Source of the DNA: Octopus vulgaris
Lineage: Eukaryota
Assembly (NCBI GenBank): GCA_951406725.2
Contig: OX597821.1
Coordinates: 31,372,001-31,436,000 of the forward strand
DNA: 64,000 nucleotides
Direction of reading: 5' to 3'
Position numbers and translations under genes: made by a program. Positions 14,271 to 26,522 of this stretch are shown here, piece after piece. A model generated the notes under the pieces. It did no database searches. It was not told the DNA's origin and saw nothing but the letters and a program-made list of their open reading frames with translations. Each line of letters starts with the position of its first letter. Positions within the stretch are counted from its first letter, which is position 1.

Positions 14271-15481
14271 GTGTCATTTTCTGCTTCTTAATTTGCTCTT
14301 ATTGATGACAGCCTTCCATGGTCAAGTCTGTTGAAAGTTTAGAGCTTAAGTTACAAGCCTTGATAACTTGGAGCTTTAGTTACAAGCCTTGAAATAAATT
14401 TCAACCAATATATATGATACCTCGCTTCCTTTCAAATAAGTATGAATTTTACGTTGCCACAAATTTTGTGCAATGCTTCAAGCCAGCTACTATGTCAGAC
14501 AAGAATGCCAGGGTGACATGCAGCCAAAATGAATTAATTCCAACCATTGAATTTGAACCGAACGTCAGTGCCCCAGAATATGTTTTTGACTCTGATGTTC
14601 CCTGTCAAAAAAAAAGGTATAATTCTGTATTTTTTTTTATTTACCCATGTGGATAGTGTTCAGATTTTCAATTTATCGATAAAACAACTGTCTGATAATC
14701 GACTGTTATATAGGCAGTCATTACAAATATCGTGTAAGCCTGGTAATTTCAGAGTGCTATTTATGTGTTTACATCAAAGCTTCGTTGTAATAATCGTAAG
14801 AAAAACGCCAACAAAAACTTGGAGTAACAGTAACTTAACGCTAAGTTAAATAAAGTTGATAGTTAACTGTCTGTAATCATTATGATATGCTATAAACTTT
14901 TGGAACTTTGGAAGTATACGCACATAGGCGAATATATACATACGTATATACATAAATGTATTTATACGTTCGCGTGTGTTTGTGTGTGTTTGTGTTTTGT
15001 GAATGTACGTGTGAGTGTATAAACTTTCACTTTTAACTCCATATCGGCTATATTTCATAGAATATCGCATAACACATTACAATTCACATACTGTTATATT
15101 GATTTAATTACAAACACATTCAATTTTGGCGAATTTTACAATACAAAGACATGACACTGATTTATATTACATTTTCCGCCACTATATTATATTCTAATGA
15201 ATAGCCATCGGCAATTATAAAACCATAACATTGGAATTGCTTTAAGTGTGTTGTAATGATACAATGGAAACTGTACTGAACTAAGATTTATATATATGTC
15301 CTTGTGAACTTCGACTGCAGAAATCTAAATTATATTATTAACATCAGTGACCTTCAAAAGCGACGAGCTTTTCTTGTACTCTTACATCTTGAGTGTTTTG
15401 AAGATTTGATCACTCCTGCTCTGTTAGCAAAATTCACTTAGCCGATACACAACCACACAGACACACACTTACGCACTACCA

Positions 15482-15527
<46 letters not shown>

Positions 15528-16384
15528 CACACATACACACACACAAACATTCATAAACACACACATGAGTGAGTGTGTGAACAAATGTCAGGAGCAATAC
15601 ATACGCTTATAGTTACATGTATGCTATAACACTATCACTCAGTACTTATGACTAAGATTACCCGCTAAGGGGTGATCATAAAGTGCCCCCCTTGCAAATA
15701 TTGCTAATACTCGCAAAAACAGTAGAAATAATAAGGAAACAAAAGGGAAATGAACGTCGCTCAAAGTGCCTTATGTTATAAAAGTAACTTAGAAAACACA
15801 CTTAAATATCACTGCATATTAGATAGATATATTGTTAATTTTCTTTCCCACCAAAACCTATTCTATCTTTATAGGATACTCTAATGCGGTCAGTCGGCAG
15901 AATTGTTAATGTTGGACGCTTAGCAGTATTTCAACCATTGCTACGTTGTGAGTTCAAATTCCACCGAGGTCAAATTTACCTTTCATCTTTTCCAATTAAA
16001 AACAAATTGAGTCCTGGTTTCGTTGTGATCGACTATCCCCCTCCTCCAAGTTTCAGGCATTGTGCCTATAAAAGAAAGGATTATATAATACTCTAACGCC
16101 CGTATGATGAATGGATATAAGAAAGATAACTCACACACTTTAAACAGCATACAGTCTCTGACTAGTTCTCGTTAGTGAAATACATGTAGCGACTGCGAAA
16201 TTTATGATGTTATAAGAAAAAAAATTGTAGGTTATTCCCAAGTTTTTATTTCCCATGTAGATATATAGAGTTTTTGAGAAGCTCTTGAGTATATATCCGG
16301 TAATTTAAGAAAGCAACTCTTATCTAGCAGAAGTAAATGTATTTTAATAAATATTCAATGTATGTTTTGGTTAAGTTTGTTTCT

Positions 16385-16930
16385 TTGATTATTTTACGAA
16401 CCCACATTCAGCTTCTATGAATGCTTCAGTTTGCGACAGTTTTCATTGGTCTGCGTATATTAGATGACATTCACTCATTTAAGACACTCCTGGACAATGG
16501 CGGCCTTTAGGAATGGTGTCATTGAGGAGATTTTCAACAAGATTTCCTTTCAACAACGCTCTGAACATTGAATTCCTTGGTAGTTAAATCACATGGACTC
16601 CAGTTCTTGCGTTACAAGGGCTTTGTGGGAAGTGCTGAGATTTGGAGAAACATGGTTAGGAATCCACTCTGTGCTTCATCAGATTAAGGCTGGCAAAAGT
16701 CTCCAGCATTAGAATTTATGTAGCAGCATTATTCACGAGATTCCATTGCCAATATATGCGGTTCCATGATAGAATCTTCCTTAATTATCATCCCTAAAAC
16801 CATGACACTTGCTGCAAACTTAGTGTTCAACAGTCTAGTGATAGCAGACTGCTGCACACTAAGTTTCTGCTCATAAAAATCTGCCATGACTTTTCTTAGA
16901 ATTTCCACATCACCCGGAATTTTTGTTTCC
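16385..16930 (-). pseudogene. Decayed Tc1/mariner (maT/rosa-like) transposase fragment
   Basis: TKFAASVMVLGMIIKEDSIMEPH resembles the K(H/F)PASVMVLG..S..G..MPPH motif. The C-terminus reads EAFIEAECGFVK*. The fragment has several stops and frameshifts. Confidence 0.6.
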
Positions 16931-17482
16931 ATCGGAGAGGAAAGTATAACATCTTTGTGAGGTTGACTAGCAATTAATTCAATAATCTAATCTTTCTATC
17001 CACTTGAATCACAACTACAAACAAAACATCGCTTTATATGAATATTAAATTAAATTATTAAACATATCACGCTCCAATAATCATGATATACCAAATATTA
17101 TATACATACATATCGTTACAGTGTATGCACATAAAAATTTGCTTTCTGAGCATGATGAATGAGATTCTCTTCAATGATAATTTTATCATCTTAAGTATAA
17201 ATGTAACAGGGTTATTTTTCGATATATTTCCGTTCTTGAATATTTATATCCGAAGTGTGCTAATGCTATTTACAAAACGATTTGTGATTATTTACAGTCC
17301 CGAATAGTAACAAAAGCATCGAAACAGAACATATTTTTTGGCTGCCTACCATACTTAACTATTCTAGGGAGTAGTGTTGACCTTTGAAATTCTTCATAAG
17401 TTGTAAGAGCGAACTTGTAGCAATATTGTTTGAAAGTAAAAGAGTTATATCAATTATGATATACGATTCTCTTTTCTCTTTT

Positions 17483-17840
17483 ACTCTCTTTTACTTGTTT
17501 CAGTCATTTGACTGCGGCCATGCTGGGGCAACGCCTTTAATCGAGCAACTCGACCCCGGGACTTATTCTTTTGTAAGCCCAGTACTTATTCTATCGGTCT
17601 CTTTTGGCGAACAGCTAAGTAACGCTAAATCATATTGATTGCAAATTTTGGCACAAGGCAAGCAATTTCGGAGGAAGGATTAAGTCGATTATACTAACCC
17701 CAATATTCAACTGGTGCTTATTTTATCGACTCCGAAAGAAAAGACGCAATGTCGACTCCGGGTGAGTTTGAACTCAGAACGTAAAGACGGACGAAATACT
17801 GCTAACCGTCTGGCCTGGTATGATTGTGATGGGGCCAGTT
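17483..17840 (-). mobile_element. SINE family A 3' part (17483-17625) followed by a diverged family B copy (17630-17840)
   Basis: Matches the reverse complement of the family A tail, then gtttgaactcagaacgtaaagacggacgaaatactgctaa of family B. Confidence 0.75.
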
Positions 17841-18219
17841 CGATGTCATATTACCAAATGGAATGCATAATATTTGTGTGCGTATCGGTCCTACTGTGAG
17901 TGGGCATATCAGCATTTTCACATATATGTGGGTGCCAGTATGTTTTTACATATATTTGGCCATGTCTGCTTATTCATTTCTGCATAAGATGAAATGGTGT
18001 AAGACATGGGAAATAGTATGAGATTTATTGTAACTGATATAGTCAGCAATATCTTCGAAAATGTTGTGTCCGTGTTATAGTCATTCAGTCAACACCATAT
18101 AGTTGTCGACAGCAACGCACAGATACACCGGTTCCAAAAGTCACGTGCGGACTGGTCTACGTATGTTTGTGCACGTGCATGTGTATGTCTGTAGTATACA
18201 TATATATGAATGGAATGTG

Positions 18220-18263
<44 letters not shown>

Positions 18264-18264
<1 letters not shown>

Positions 18265-19195
18265 AATGGTTGTATACTGTCAATCTAACAAGAACGTGAC
18301 AGTAGGGGGTACACCACCGCTGTATAGCCCTAGGAAGCATCGAACGCCTCCTGATAGCTTTGACACATTTTTCCCTGTGTCCTTATATACATATACGAAG
18401 GGGAGACAAACACCCCGGCTGCCGGAACTGCATCTAGGGACACCGTGTTTCAGGATTGTTGTCCTTCATCGACCTAGAGAAGCAAATACCCGTCAGCTGG
18501 TGATATTTGCCTCGACTTCGTAATTGTCTATATCTATATTCAGTGAAGTCTATTCACTGATTATCAAAATAAGAAATATTTAATTTCTAAATCTCTCGTA
18601 GAGACATGTACGGTGGTGGGGCGATAGAATGGTTGTATACTGTCAATCTAACAAGAACGTGACAGTAGGGAGTACACCACCGCTGTATAGCCCTAGGAAG
18701 CATCGAACGCCTCCTGATAGCTTTGGCACATTTTTTCTCTGTGTCCTTATATACATATACGAAGGGGAGACAAACACCCCCAGCTGCCGGAACTGCATCT
18801 AGGGACACCGTGTTTCAGGATCGTTGTCCTCCATCGGCCTAGAGTAGCAGACACCGGTCAGCTGGTGATATTTGCCTCGACTTCGTAATTGTCTATATCT
18901 ATATTCAGTGAAGTATATTCACTGCTACTCTAGGCGGATGGAGGACAACGATCCTGAAACACGGTGTCCCTAGATGCAGTTCCGGCAGCCGGGGGTGTTT
19001 GTCTCCCCTACGTATATGTATATAAGGACACAGGGAAAAAAATGTGCTAAAGCTATCAGGAGGCGTTCGATGCTTCCTAGGGCTATACAGCGGTGGTGTA
19101 CCCCCTACTGTCACGTTCTTGTTAGATTGACAGTATACAACCATTCTATCGCCCCACCACCGTACATGTCTCTACGAGAGATTTAGAAATTCAAT
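18264..19195. mobile_element. 363-bp hammerhead-bearing repeat: ~1.8 tandem copies plus an inverted partial copy (retrozyme / Penelope pLTR-like)
   Basis: Units start at 18264 and 18627. The inversion junction is at ~18922 (ctg microhomology). HHR folds lie at 18433-18478 (-), 18798-18843 (-) and 18929-18974 (+). The array is flanked by TA/T tracts. Confidence 0.8.
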
Positions 19196-19637
19196 TTTTT
19201 TTTATATATATATATATATATTACTTTATTTAAATTGATAGTATATCCTTAAATGTTTTAAACTGCCGTTCTTAATAGTTATTGTAGTAGAATTAATAAC
19301 CATTAAATCCTCAATCTATTTCGTATATTTCATTGAAGGAAGTTAATATACCTAGATAGCTTTTCCCCATTGTACGCCTGCAATGTGACGTGATTTCAAA
19401 TTTTTAAACAAGACCAGCAACTTCTGTGTTGGGGTACATCGACCTAATAATTACTGAGTCACAGTGTTAAAACCATTATTTCCAATGTCACTTATGTTAT
19501 AATCGCCTGGGGAAGGCCATTAAGTCATTTGTTAAGTTGTTAAATTGTTAAAACATTTAAGGATATACTATCAATTTAAATAAAGTAATATATATATAAG
19601 AAATATTGAATTTCTAAATCTCTCGTAGAGACATGTA
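19163..19637. repeat. ~95-bp inverted repeat around a ~285-bp spacer
   Basis: tacatgtctctacgagagatttagaaattcaat...ttactttatttaaattgatagtatatccttaaatgttttaa is mirrored at 19547-19637. Confidence 0.8.
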
Positions 19638-19772
19638 AGGCCATTAAATCATTTGTTAGTATAGTAGTGATATCAAGACACCCCCAGCCAAGAAGATTGA
19701 GGTGATTATTTTTTCTATATATGTAAACATTGATTACATATAGAGATGAAACAGAATATACATGTATATATT

Positions 19773-19825
<53 letters not shown>

Positions 19826-19827
<2 letters not shown>

Positions 19828-19959
19828 TTACGAACCACATGGTTTCGGGTTCAGTCCCACTGCGTGGCACCTTGGGCAACTGTCTTCTACTATAGCCTTG
19901 GGCCGACCGAAGCCTTGTGAGTGAATTTGGTAGGCGGAAACGGAAAGAAGCCCATCGTA

Positions 19960-20022
<63 letters not shown>

Positions 20023-20220
20023 CTGTGTTTGCCCCCCCCCCAATATCACTTCACAACCGATGGTGGTGTGTTTACGTCGCCGTAACTAAGCGGTGGTTCG
20101 GCAATAGAGACCGATAGAATAAGTACTAGACTTACAAAGAATAAGTCCTGGGGTCGATTTGCTCCACCAAAGGTGGTGCTCCAGCATGGCCACAGTCATA
20201 TGACTGAAACAAGTAAAAGC
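19826..20220 (+). mobile_element. SINE family A, lacking the first bases of the head
   Basis: accacatggtttcgggttcagtcccactgcgtggcaccttgggcaac...gctccagcatggccacagtcatatgactgaaacaagtaaaag. Confidence 0.9.
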
Positions 20221-20293
20221 GTAAAACGTAATAGCGTAAGCGTATATATGCCTATATATATCTATAGACACACACACATATATATATTTATAT

Positions 20294-21344
20294 GAAAAAA
20301 CAAGTCAAGATAGAAAATGCTAAAATAATTTTATAAAGAACATTTCAGTACCGGCTTCGGTCATTTTGAGACCTTTTCAACTGTAACGATTAAATAATTA
20401 AATTTAGAAAAATTAAAAGAAAAGTTTTTTTCAAGGAATATTTGTATAGTGTTCAAATATAAGTGGCATTTCCTTGTTTCTGCCTTTCTCTGTCTCTCTT
20501 GTTTTCACTTGTGTGTTCGAGGTCGTTGTGAATTCTTGGTAGGGTAGAAGAAGAAGAAGGTTGATGAGGAGAAGGGGTGTAAAAATTTGGGAGTGCCTTG
20601 ATTGTCGTATTTTGAATGGTCAGTGACGACTAGCAGTTGCAGTTCAATTCAGGAGAATATTTCTATTGAAAGGTTTATTTATGGAATTTGCGTAGGTGTT
20701 ATACTAAAAAGCATTAGTGATGAAGTTAAGAGTTAGAAGGTGGAGCAGAAGAAAAAAGAAGAAGAAGAAGAGGAAGAGGAAGTGGAAGTGGAAGAAGTGG
20801 AAGAAGAAGAAGATGACGATGTTGATGATGATGATGATGAAGAAGAAGAAGGGGAAGGAGAAGGAGAAGAAGAAGATGATGATGATGGTGATGATGATGG
20901 CGACGATGATGATGATAATGATGATGATGATGATAATGATGATGATGATGATGATAATGATGATGATGAAGAAGAAGAAGAAGAAGAAGAAGAAGAAGAA
21001 GAAGAAGAAGAAGAAGAAGAAGAAGAAGGAGAAGAAGAAAGAGAAGGGAGAATATGAATGAGTGGAAGTAGTGAGGTGCTGTATGACTTGAAGTTAGCAC
21101 GATATGGATTATAGCTGTGATTGGGGATGATTTGTAATGGGTTCTTTGGAATGTAATATGTGCATGTGTATTTCTGTTGTTCTAAAGCTGAGGTGCATTA
21201 ATCGTTTGTCGTAGACCCGTTAAGAAGCGGCCTGTATTTTGTAATAAAGAGAGTTTCTTTACTTATTCGTTGACTCGAGGTTGTATCGTCCCTAAATTTG
21301 TTGAGGGGGAAAATCCTGAAGCCTGGTGTTTTGTTGTTGGCGCA
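20294..21344 (-). mobile_element. 5'-truncated Penelope-like element: GIY-YIG C-terminus plus pLTR with a degenerate hammerhead
   Basis: 21198-21344 encodes CANNKTPGFRIFPLNKF...QRISKETLFITKYRPLLN*, matching the R..KE..FI....P.LN end of Penelope GIY-YIG domains. HHR-like fold cag-TTGAAAA-ggtc/gacc-GAAG-ccgGTA-ctg at 20346-20383. Both ends abut TA tracts. Confidence 0.7.
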
Positions 21345-21802
21345 TATATATATATATGTACATATAGAGAGAAACTGAAATATATAGAGTTGAAAAGTTT
21401 CACCAAATTGTTTTTGCGTTATACATTTTAGGTTTTTTTTTATTTTAGTTGAAAATATCAACTTTACTTTAATCAGTGGATTAGGGGAAATCCGTTATTT
21501 GATAAGTTTCATTACAGAAAACCGACAGATTTCCCTTCATAAGATAATTTTATGCATTTAATTTCATATAATGGCTATATCTACATTGAACTACGTGCTG
21601 ATACAGATGCTGCTGCTGCTGTGGCTGATAATGACGAAGACGACGACGACAACGATGATGATTATGATGAGGATGTTGATGATGATCAAGGTAAGGCTGG
21701 TGATGATGACAATGACTATAGTACTGAAAGTGATGATGATTGTAATGATGAAGTTTACGATGATTCTCATCGCGACACCGACAAATATGATGATGAAGAT
21801 GT

Positions 21803-21833
<31 letters not shown>

Positions 21834-22255
21834 GACCATGATGATGATGATGATGATGATGATGATGGTGATGATGATGGTGAAGATGATGATGATGATG
21901 ATGATAATGACGATGATGATGAAGATGATGATGATGATGAAGATGGTGATGATGATGATTATGATGATGAAGATGACGAAGATAATGATGATGATGAAGT
22001 TGATGATGATGATGATGATGATGAAGATGATGATCATGATGATGATGATGATGAAGGTGCTGCTGCTGATGATGATGACGGTGATGATGTGCATGAGGAT
22101 GAGTATATTGGGAATTATGATTTATGAGTATCATGGTGGGACACGTACAGTGATGTAGACAGCTTTGTAAGCGACACAAGTGATTTGATGGTGAAAGTAT
22201 AAAAGCTACTCTTGTTAATGCGACAGATGCTGGCATTTGTAATGATGATGATGAC

Positions 22256-22305
<50 letters not shown>

Positions 22306-22353
22306 CGATGATGATGACGATGATGATTATGTTGATGATGATGATGATAATGA

Positions 22354-22391
<38 letters not shown>

Positions 22392-22870
22392 GTGATGATA
22401 ACTATGATGATTACACTAATGATGGTGATGATATTGATGAGGCTGTCGTTGATCTGAAGATAAATATAATGTTCATAATGATATATATTGTGTGAGAAGA
22501 GCAATGGTGTTAATTGTATAAACATATTAGAAAAGTGTGATGATAATGAGGAGGAGGAGGAGGAGGAGGAGGATGTCGACGGCGATGAGGACGATGACGC
22601 TGATGATTATGAGGAGGGAGATGGGGAGGAGGAGGGTGGCGGCGATGATGGGGAAGATGATGATGTTTATGACGACGATGACGACGATGATGAGGATAAT
22701 TATGATGACCATGATAGTGATGATGGGGAGGGGGAAACGGAAGAGAAAAAGAAGAGGTGGAGGATGAGGAGAAGCAGGAGGAGGAAGTGGAGAGGCAGGA
22801 GGAGGAGGAGTAGTACGATGACGATGACGACGATGAAGATGATGATGGCCATGAGTTTGTCGACAGAGAT
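20750..22870. repeat. Compound (GAT)n/(GAA)n/(GAG)n low-complexity tracts
   Basis: Tracts at ~20750-21050, 21600-22110, 22240-22440 and 22540-22870 give the poly-D/E/M/H/I pseudo-ORFs. Confidence 0.9.
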
Positions 22871-23397
22871 GAAGATAATGAATATGTATATATTGTTGGT
22901 GTTTGTGGTAATGTTTCTGTAGTAATTATCATAGTTGGTGGAGGCGGACGCAGGTGCAATAGCGGTTGCAGTAATGGGCCAATAACCATGGCGTTGGTAG
23001 TTCTGATAGTAGCAGCGATGCTGGAAGTTGCAGTGTGTTTATAAATGCTTGCATTGCTACTTATAAAACTAACTGGTGATATTGAGGTACATTGTAGCTT
23101 TCGATGGTGTTTAAAAGATGATTGAATGACTAGTGATTATGGCGATGATAGGAAATTTGAAATATAGCTCTGGCGATATTTCAAGATGACATGTAATTAA
23201 ATTGAAATAATTTCAATCGTACTTACTTTATTTAATGCATTTTTTTCTGTTAGGCACTCTTTTGAAAATCAGTTCATTAATGGGTGTTTTGAATTATTGT
23301 CCATTGGGAACCAAAGCGATGCATTGCTTACTCAATCGAAAATACTCCAAAACGAAAGTTCCAATTCGTATGTACACATACTTACACGCACAGGTAG

Positions 23398-23443
<46 letters not shown>

Positions 23444-23450
23444 GTATATG

Positions 23451-23508
<58 letters not shown>

Positions 23509-24569
23509 TATATATATGTCTGTATGTATATACGGATATTATATAAGAGTATACACATATATAAATACATCAAACTACTTTATTCTCATCGTAGGCAAAT
23601 AAATAAAAAGCCAAGATTTCGTTTGCAAACATATGTGTGTGCGTTTATATGTATGTATATATATATGCATGTGTATGTCTATATACATATATGTATGTAT
23701 GGATATATATATGTTCATAAATATATACATACACACACAAGCATCAACGCGCGTGCACACACAATCACGCATACACGCACATACTATATAATACACTGAA
23801 AGGTGTGGCAATTTTGGTATACATAAGGTCATTTCATATTCATCATATAGGGGGGGATGTAGCTCACTTAAATATGTTCAGCATCAATGTGTCTACCTGC
23901 ATGTGTGTCTATATCTGTACGCTCGTGTTGTATATATATATATATGCATGTGTGTATACGTGTGTACTTATGCATACATGTATGTGAGGGATGATTGCTT
24001 GTTTTATGCATGTGTATGTGTATCTAATTATCAACGTATTCCTCTCGCTTGTATTTTTGTATCTAAATACTCTGGAGATTTACAACTTTATAAAATGTTT
24101 TTTGGGGAAAATTTCATGGAAATAAAGTGTAAAGAAATGCAAAAAAAAAAAAAAATAATAATAACGTAATAGCAAACAAATTATATTTCTAGCCAACTTT
24201 CCGCTTTAGTGCCGTCAATAGATAGTTCAGAAAACAGATGTCACATTAATCAAATATCTATTGGAACAAACCATTTATTTTCTTCAATTGAAAAATATAT
24301 CCAAGTACAGCACCAAGTATGATTTATTGTGATCGGTTGACTTTCACTTGGTTATTTTGCTCGTTTCGCATCATTTTTGTAATCAATGCACCTCACTTAC
24401 ATCGAGTAAGTCAATTGGAAACAGCTTCATCAATAGCGATATTATAGTTAATCAAACATACGTGCAATCCTTCGATATATCACCAAAATTTTTCAATCAA
24501 ATTTTGTTTCACCTCTGAATTTTGTCGCATACGTATGTGCGCGCAACCAGTATCTAACATATATATATG

Positions 24570-24637
<68 letters not shown>

Positions 24638-24824
24638 TATATGATTATATATATAAATATATGTGTGCGTGTGTGTATGTGTGTATGTGAGTATGTGCGT
24701 GTGTATATAAGCACATATACACAATGCACATATTCATATATACATATAATATATATATGTATGTGTGTGTGTGTGTGTGTATGTATATATATATATATAT
24801 ATATATAGTTTTATGCCTATATAA

Positions 24825-25349
24825 ATTTATCAGTACATGCACATATATGTGATGTTAGAGAACGTGAAGGACGATGTCTCGCACAAGTTGTTATGAGTGT
24901 GTGTGTTTTTATGCTTGTTCAAGCGCTGTGATTATAGTTCTCTTCGCATTGACCATCTAAAGAGAAAATAGGTTCAAAGAGTTCTGGTTGTGTTAATGAA
25001 ACATTTGTAATATCTGACTTATACAACTATCTTCTTATATGTGACTGATGCGCCTATTTTCTCAATTCGTTGAATTATCTGCCAAACCCCGTAAACAAAA
25101 TGTTACACGTGTCATCTATATGAATGGAGAATGTAACGGTATACGTCAGATATTACAAAAGTTTCATTTACACAACTAGACGCGTTTGAAGCAATGATAT
25201 CATTAGATAGATAGCGGGAAAACAAATTAATTACAGTACATGAATCAAGCATACTATCGGCATAAATACATACGCTCATAACGTCGTACGTGCGGTACTT
25301 CGGCCTCCGCCACTTTCTCTAATTTCACATATATGTACATGTACAGATA

Positions 25350-25350
<1 letters not shown>
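24825..25350. repeat. Long imperfect inverted repeat (fold-back), ~520 bp
   Basis: Paired blocks include gtacatgcacatatatgtga / tcacatatatgtacatgtac, gttatgagtg / cgctcataac and gttgtgttaatgaaacatttgtaatatctgac / gtcagatattacaaaagtttcatttacacaac. Confidence 0.8.
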
Positions 25351-25409
<59 letters not shown>

Positions 25410-25481
25410 TTAGGGAATAAATCCAAATTTACAGGGAAAAAATCAGATTTAGGATTAAATCCAATTTTATAGTAAAATATT

Positions 25482-25620
25482 ATATAATATTAATTAGAGA
25501 CAAAACCACTATTTTGCAAAACAAACAAGGAAAGACTTAATCAATACATAAAATTGTATGTATTGATTAAGTCTTTCCTTGTTTGTTTTGCAAAATAGTG
25601 GTTTTGTCTCTAATTAATAT

Positions 25621-25625
<5 letters not shown>
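25482..25625. repeat. Perfect 69-bp-arm hairpin with 6-nt loop inside a (TA)n-flanked insert
   Basis: 25482-25550 is the exact reverse complement of 25557-25625. Confidence 0.9.
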
Positions 25626-25659
<34 letters not shown>

Positions 25660-25719
25660 TGTGAGTGTGTGCATATCTGTGTTCGGGCACGCATGTATGC
25701 ATAGTGTACGAGAAGGATT

Positions 25720-26140
25720 CAAAGCATGTTGGGTTGGCTAAATAAATCTTAGATATGTTTCGACCAAAGATTAGTCCAGGCCATGTCTAAATCCATAGCA
25801 CAACCTGATAGGATTATCTAAATCTTTTTTAAAAGTTTTGTGGTATTAAGGTCCATTTAAGTAGTGAGTTCTTGTTGAGTGAGTTGTATCCTGGTATGGT
25901 TGGCTTATCTGGTATTCCTTGGAGAAATCTGTTCAGACTACGTTTAAAGGTGATGTGATTCTTTTCCTCTTTGATCAGTTTTTGGACAATGTTAAACACG
26001 GCAGGGCCTTTTGAAGAAAAAAATTGGGTTGCAGTGTACCTATATGTTGTGATCTTGAATTGGACAGGAGACGTCAGATCCGTTGTCCCAGCATTGGAGA
26101 AACCTTGAAACTAATGTTAAAGCTCGAGCAAATTCAGTTC
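25720..26140 (-). mobile_element. CR1-group LINE 3' fragment (second family)
   Basis: The minus strand encodes FFSSKGPAVFNIVQKLIKEE...FKRSLNRFLQGIPDKPTIPGYNSLNKNSLL, parallel to the C-terminus in ORF 1548-1979. Confidence 0.7.
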
Positions 26141-26184
26141 TTTTTTCTCCTTTTTTGTTCATGTTATCATGTGAAAATGTGTAG

Positions 26185-26339
26185 ACTTCATTTGTCCTTT
26201 ACATTATTTAAATTTAACGGATATTTGGCCTCATACTGTTTGTTGTTAACAGAACGTTTCGGCTGATATACCCTCCAGCCTTCATCAGGAGTCTTGGAGA
26301 AATTTAGAACCTGGCTTCTCATTCCTATGGTATTTTTGA

Positions 26340-26345
<6 letters not shown>
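26185..26345 (-). mobile_element. 3' (hammerhead) half of the tRNA-head/HHR SINE, abutting (TTA)n and the Dong-like LINE
   Basis: The minus strand reads CTGATGA-a-ggctg gagggtatat cagcc-GAAAcgtt (~26245-26295) and is homologous to 29945-30090. Confidence 0.75.
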
Positions 26346-26432
<87 letters not shown>

Positions 26433-26443
26433 TATTATTATTA

Positions 26444-26518
<75 letters not shown>

Positions 26519-26522
<4 letters not shown>

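Noticed and set aside
20717-22989. Acidic, poly-His and poly-Met ORFs as real proteins
   Set aside because: They are translations of GAT/GAA/GAG microsatellites open in several frames on both strands, with no domain or splice evidence.
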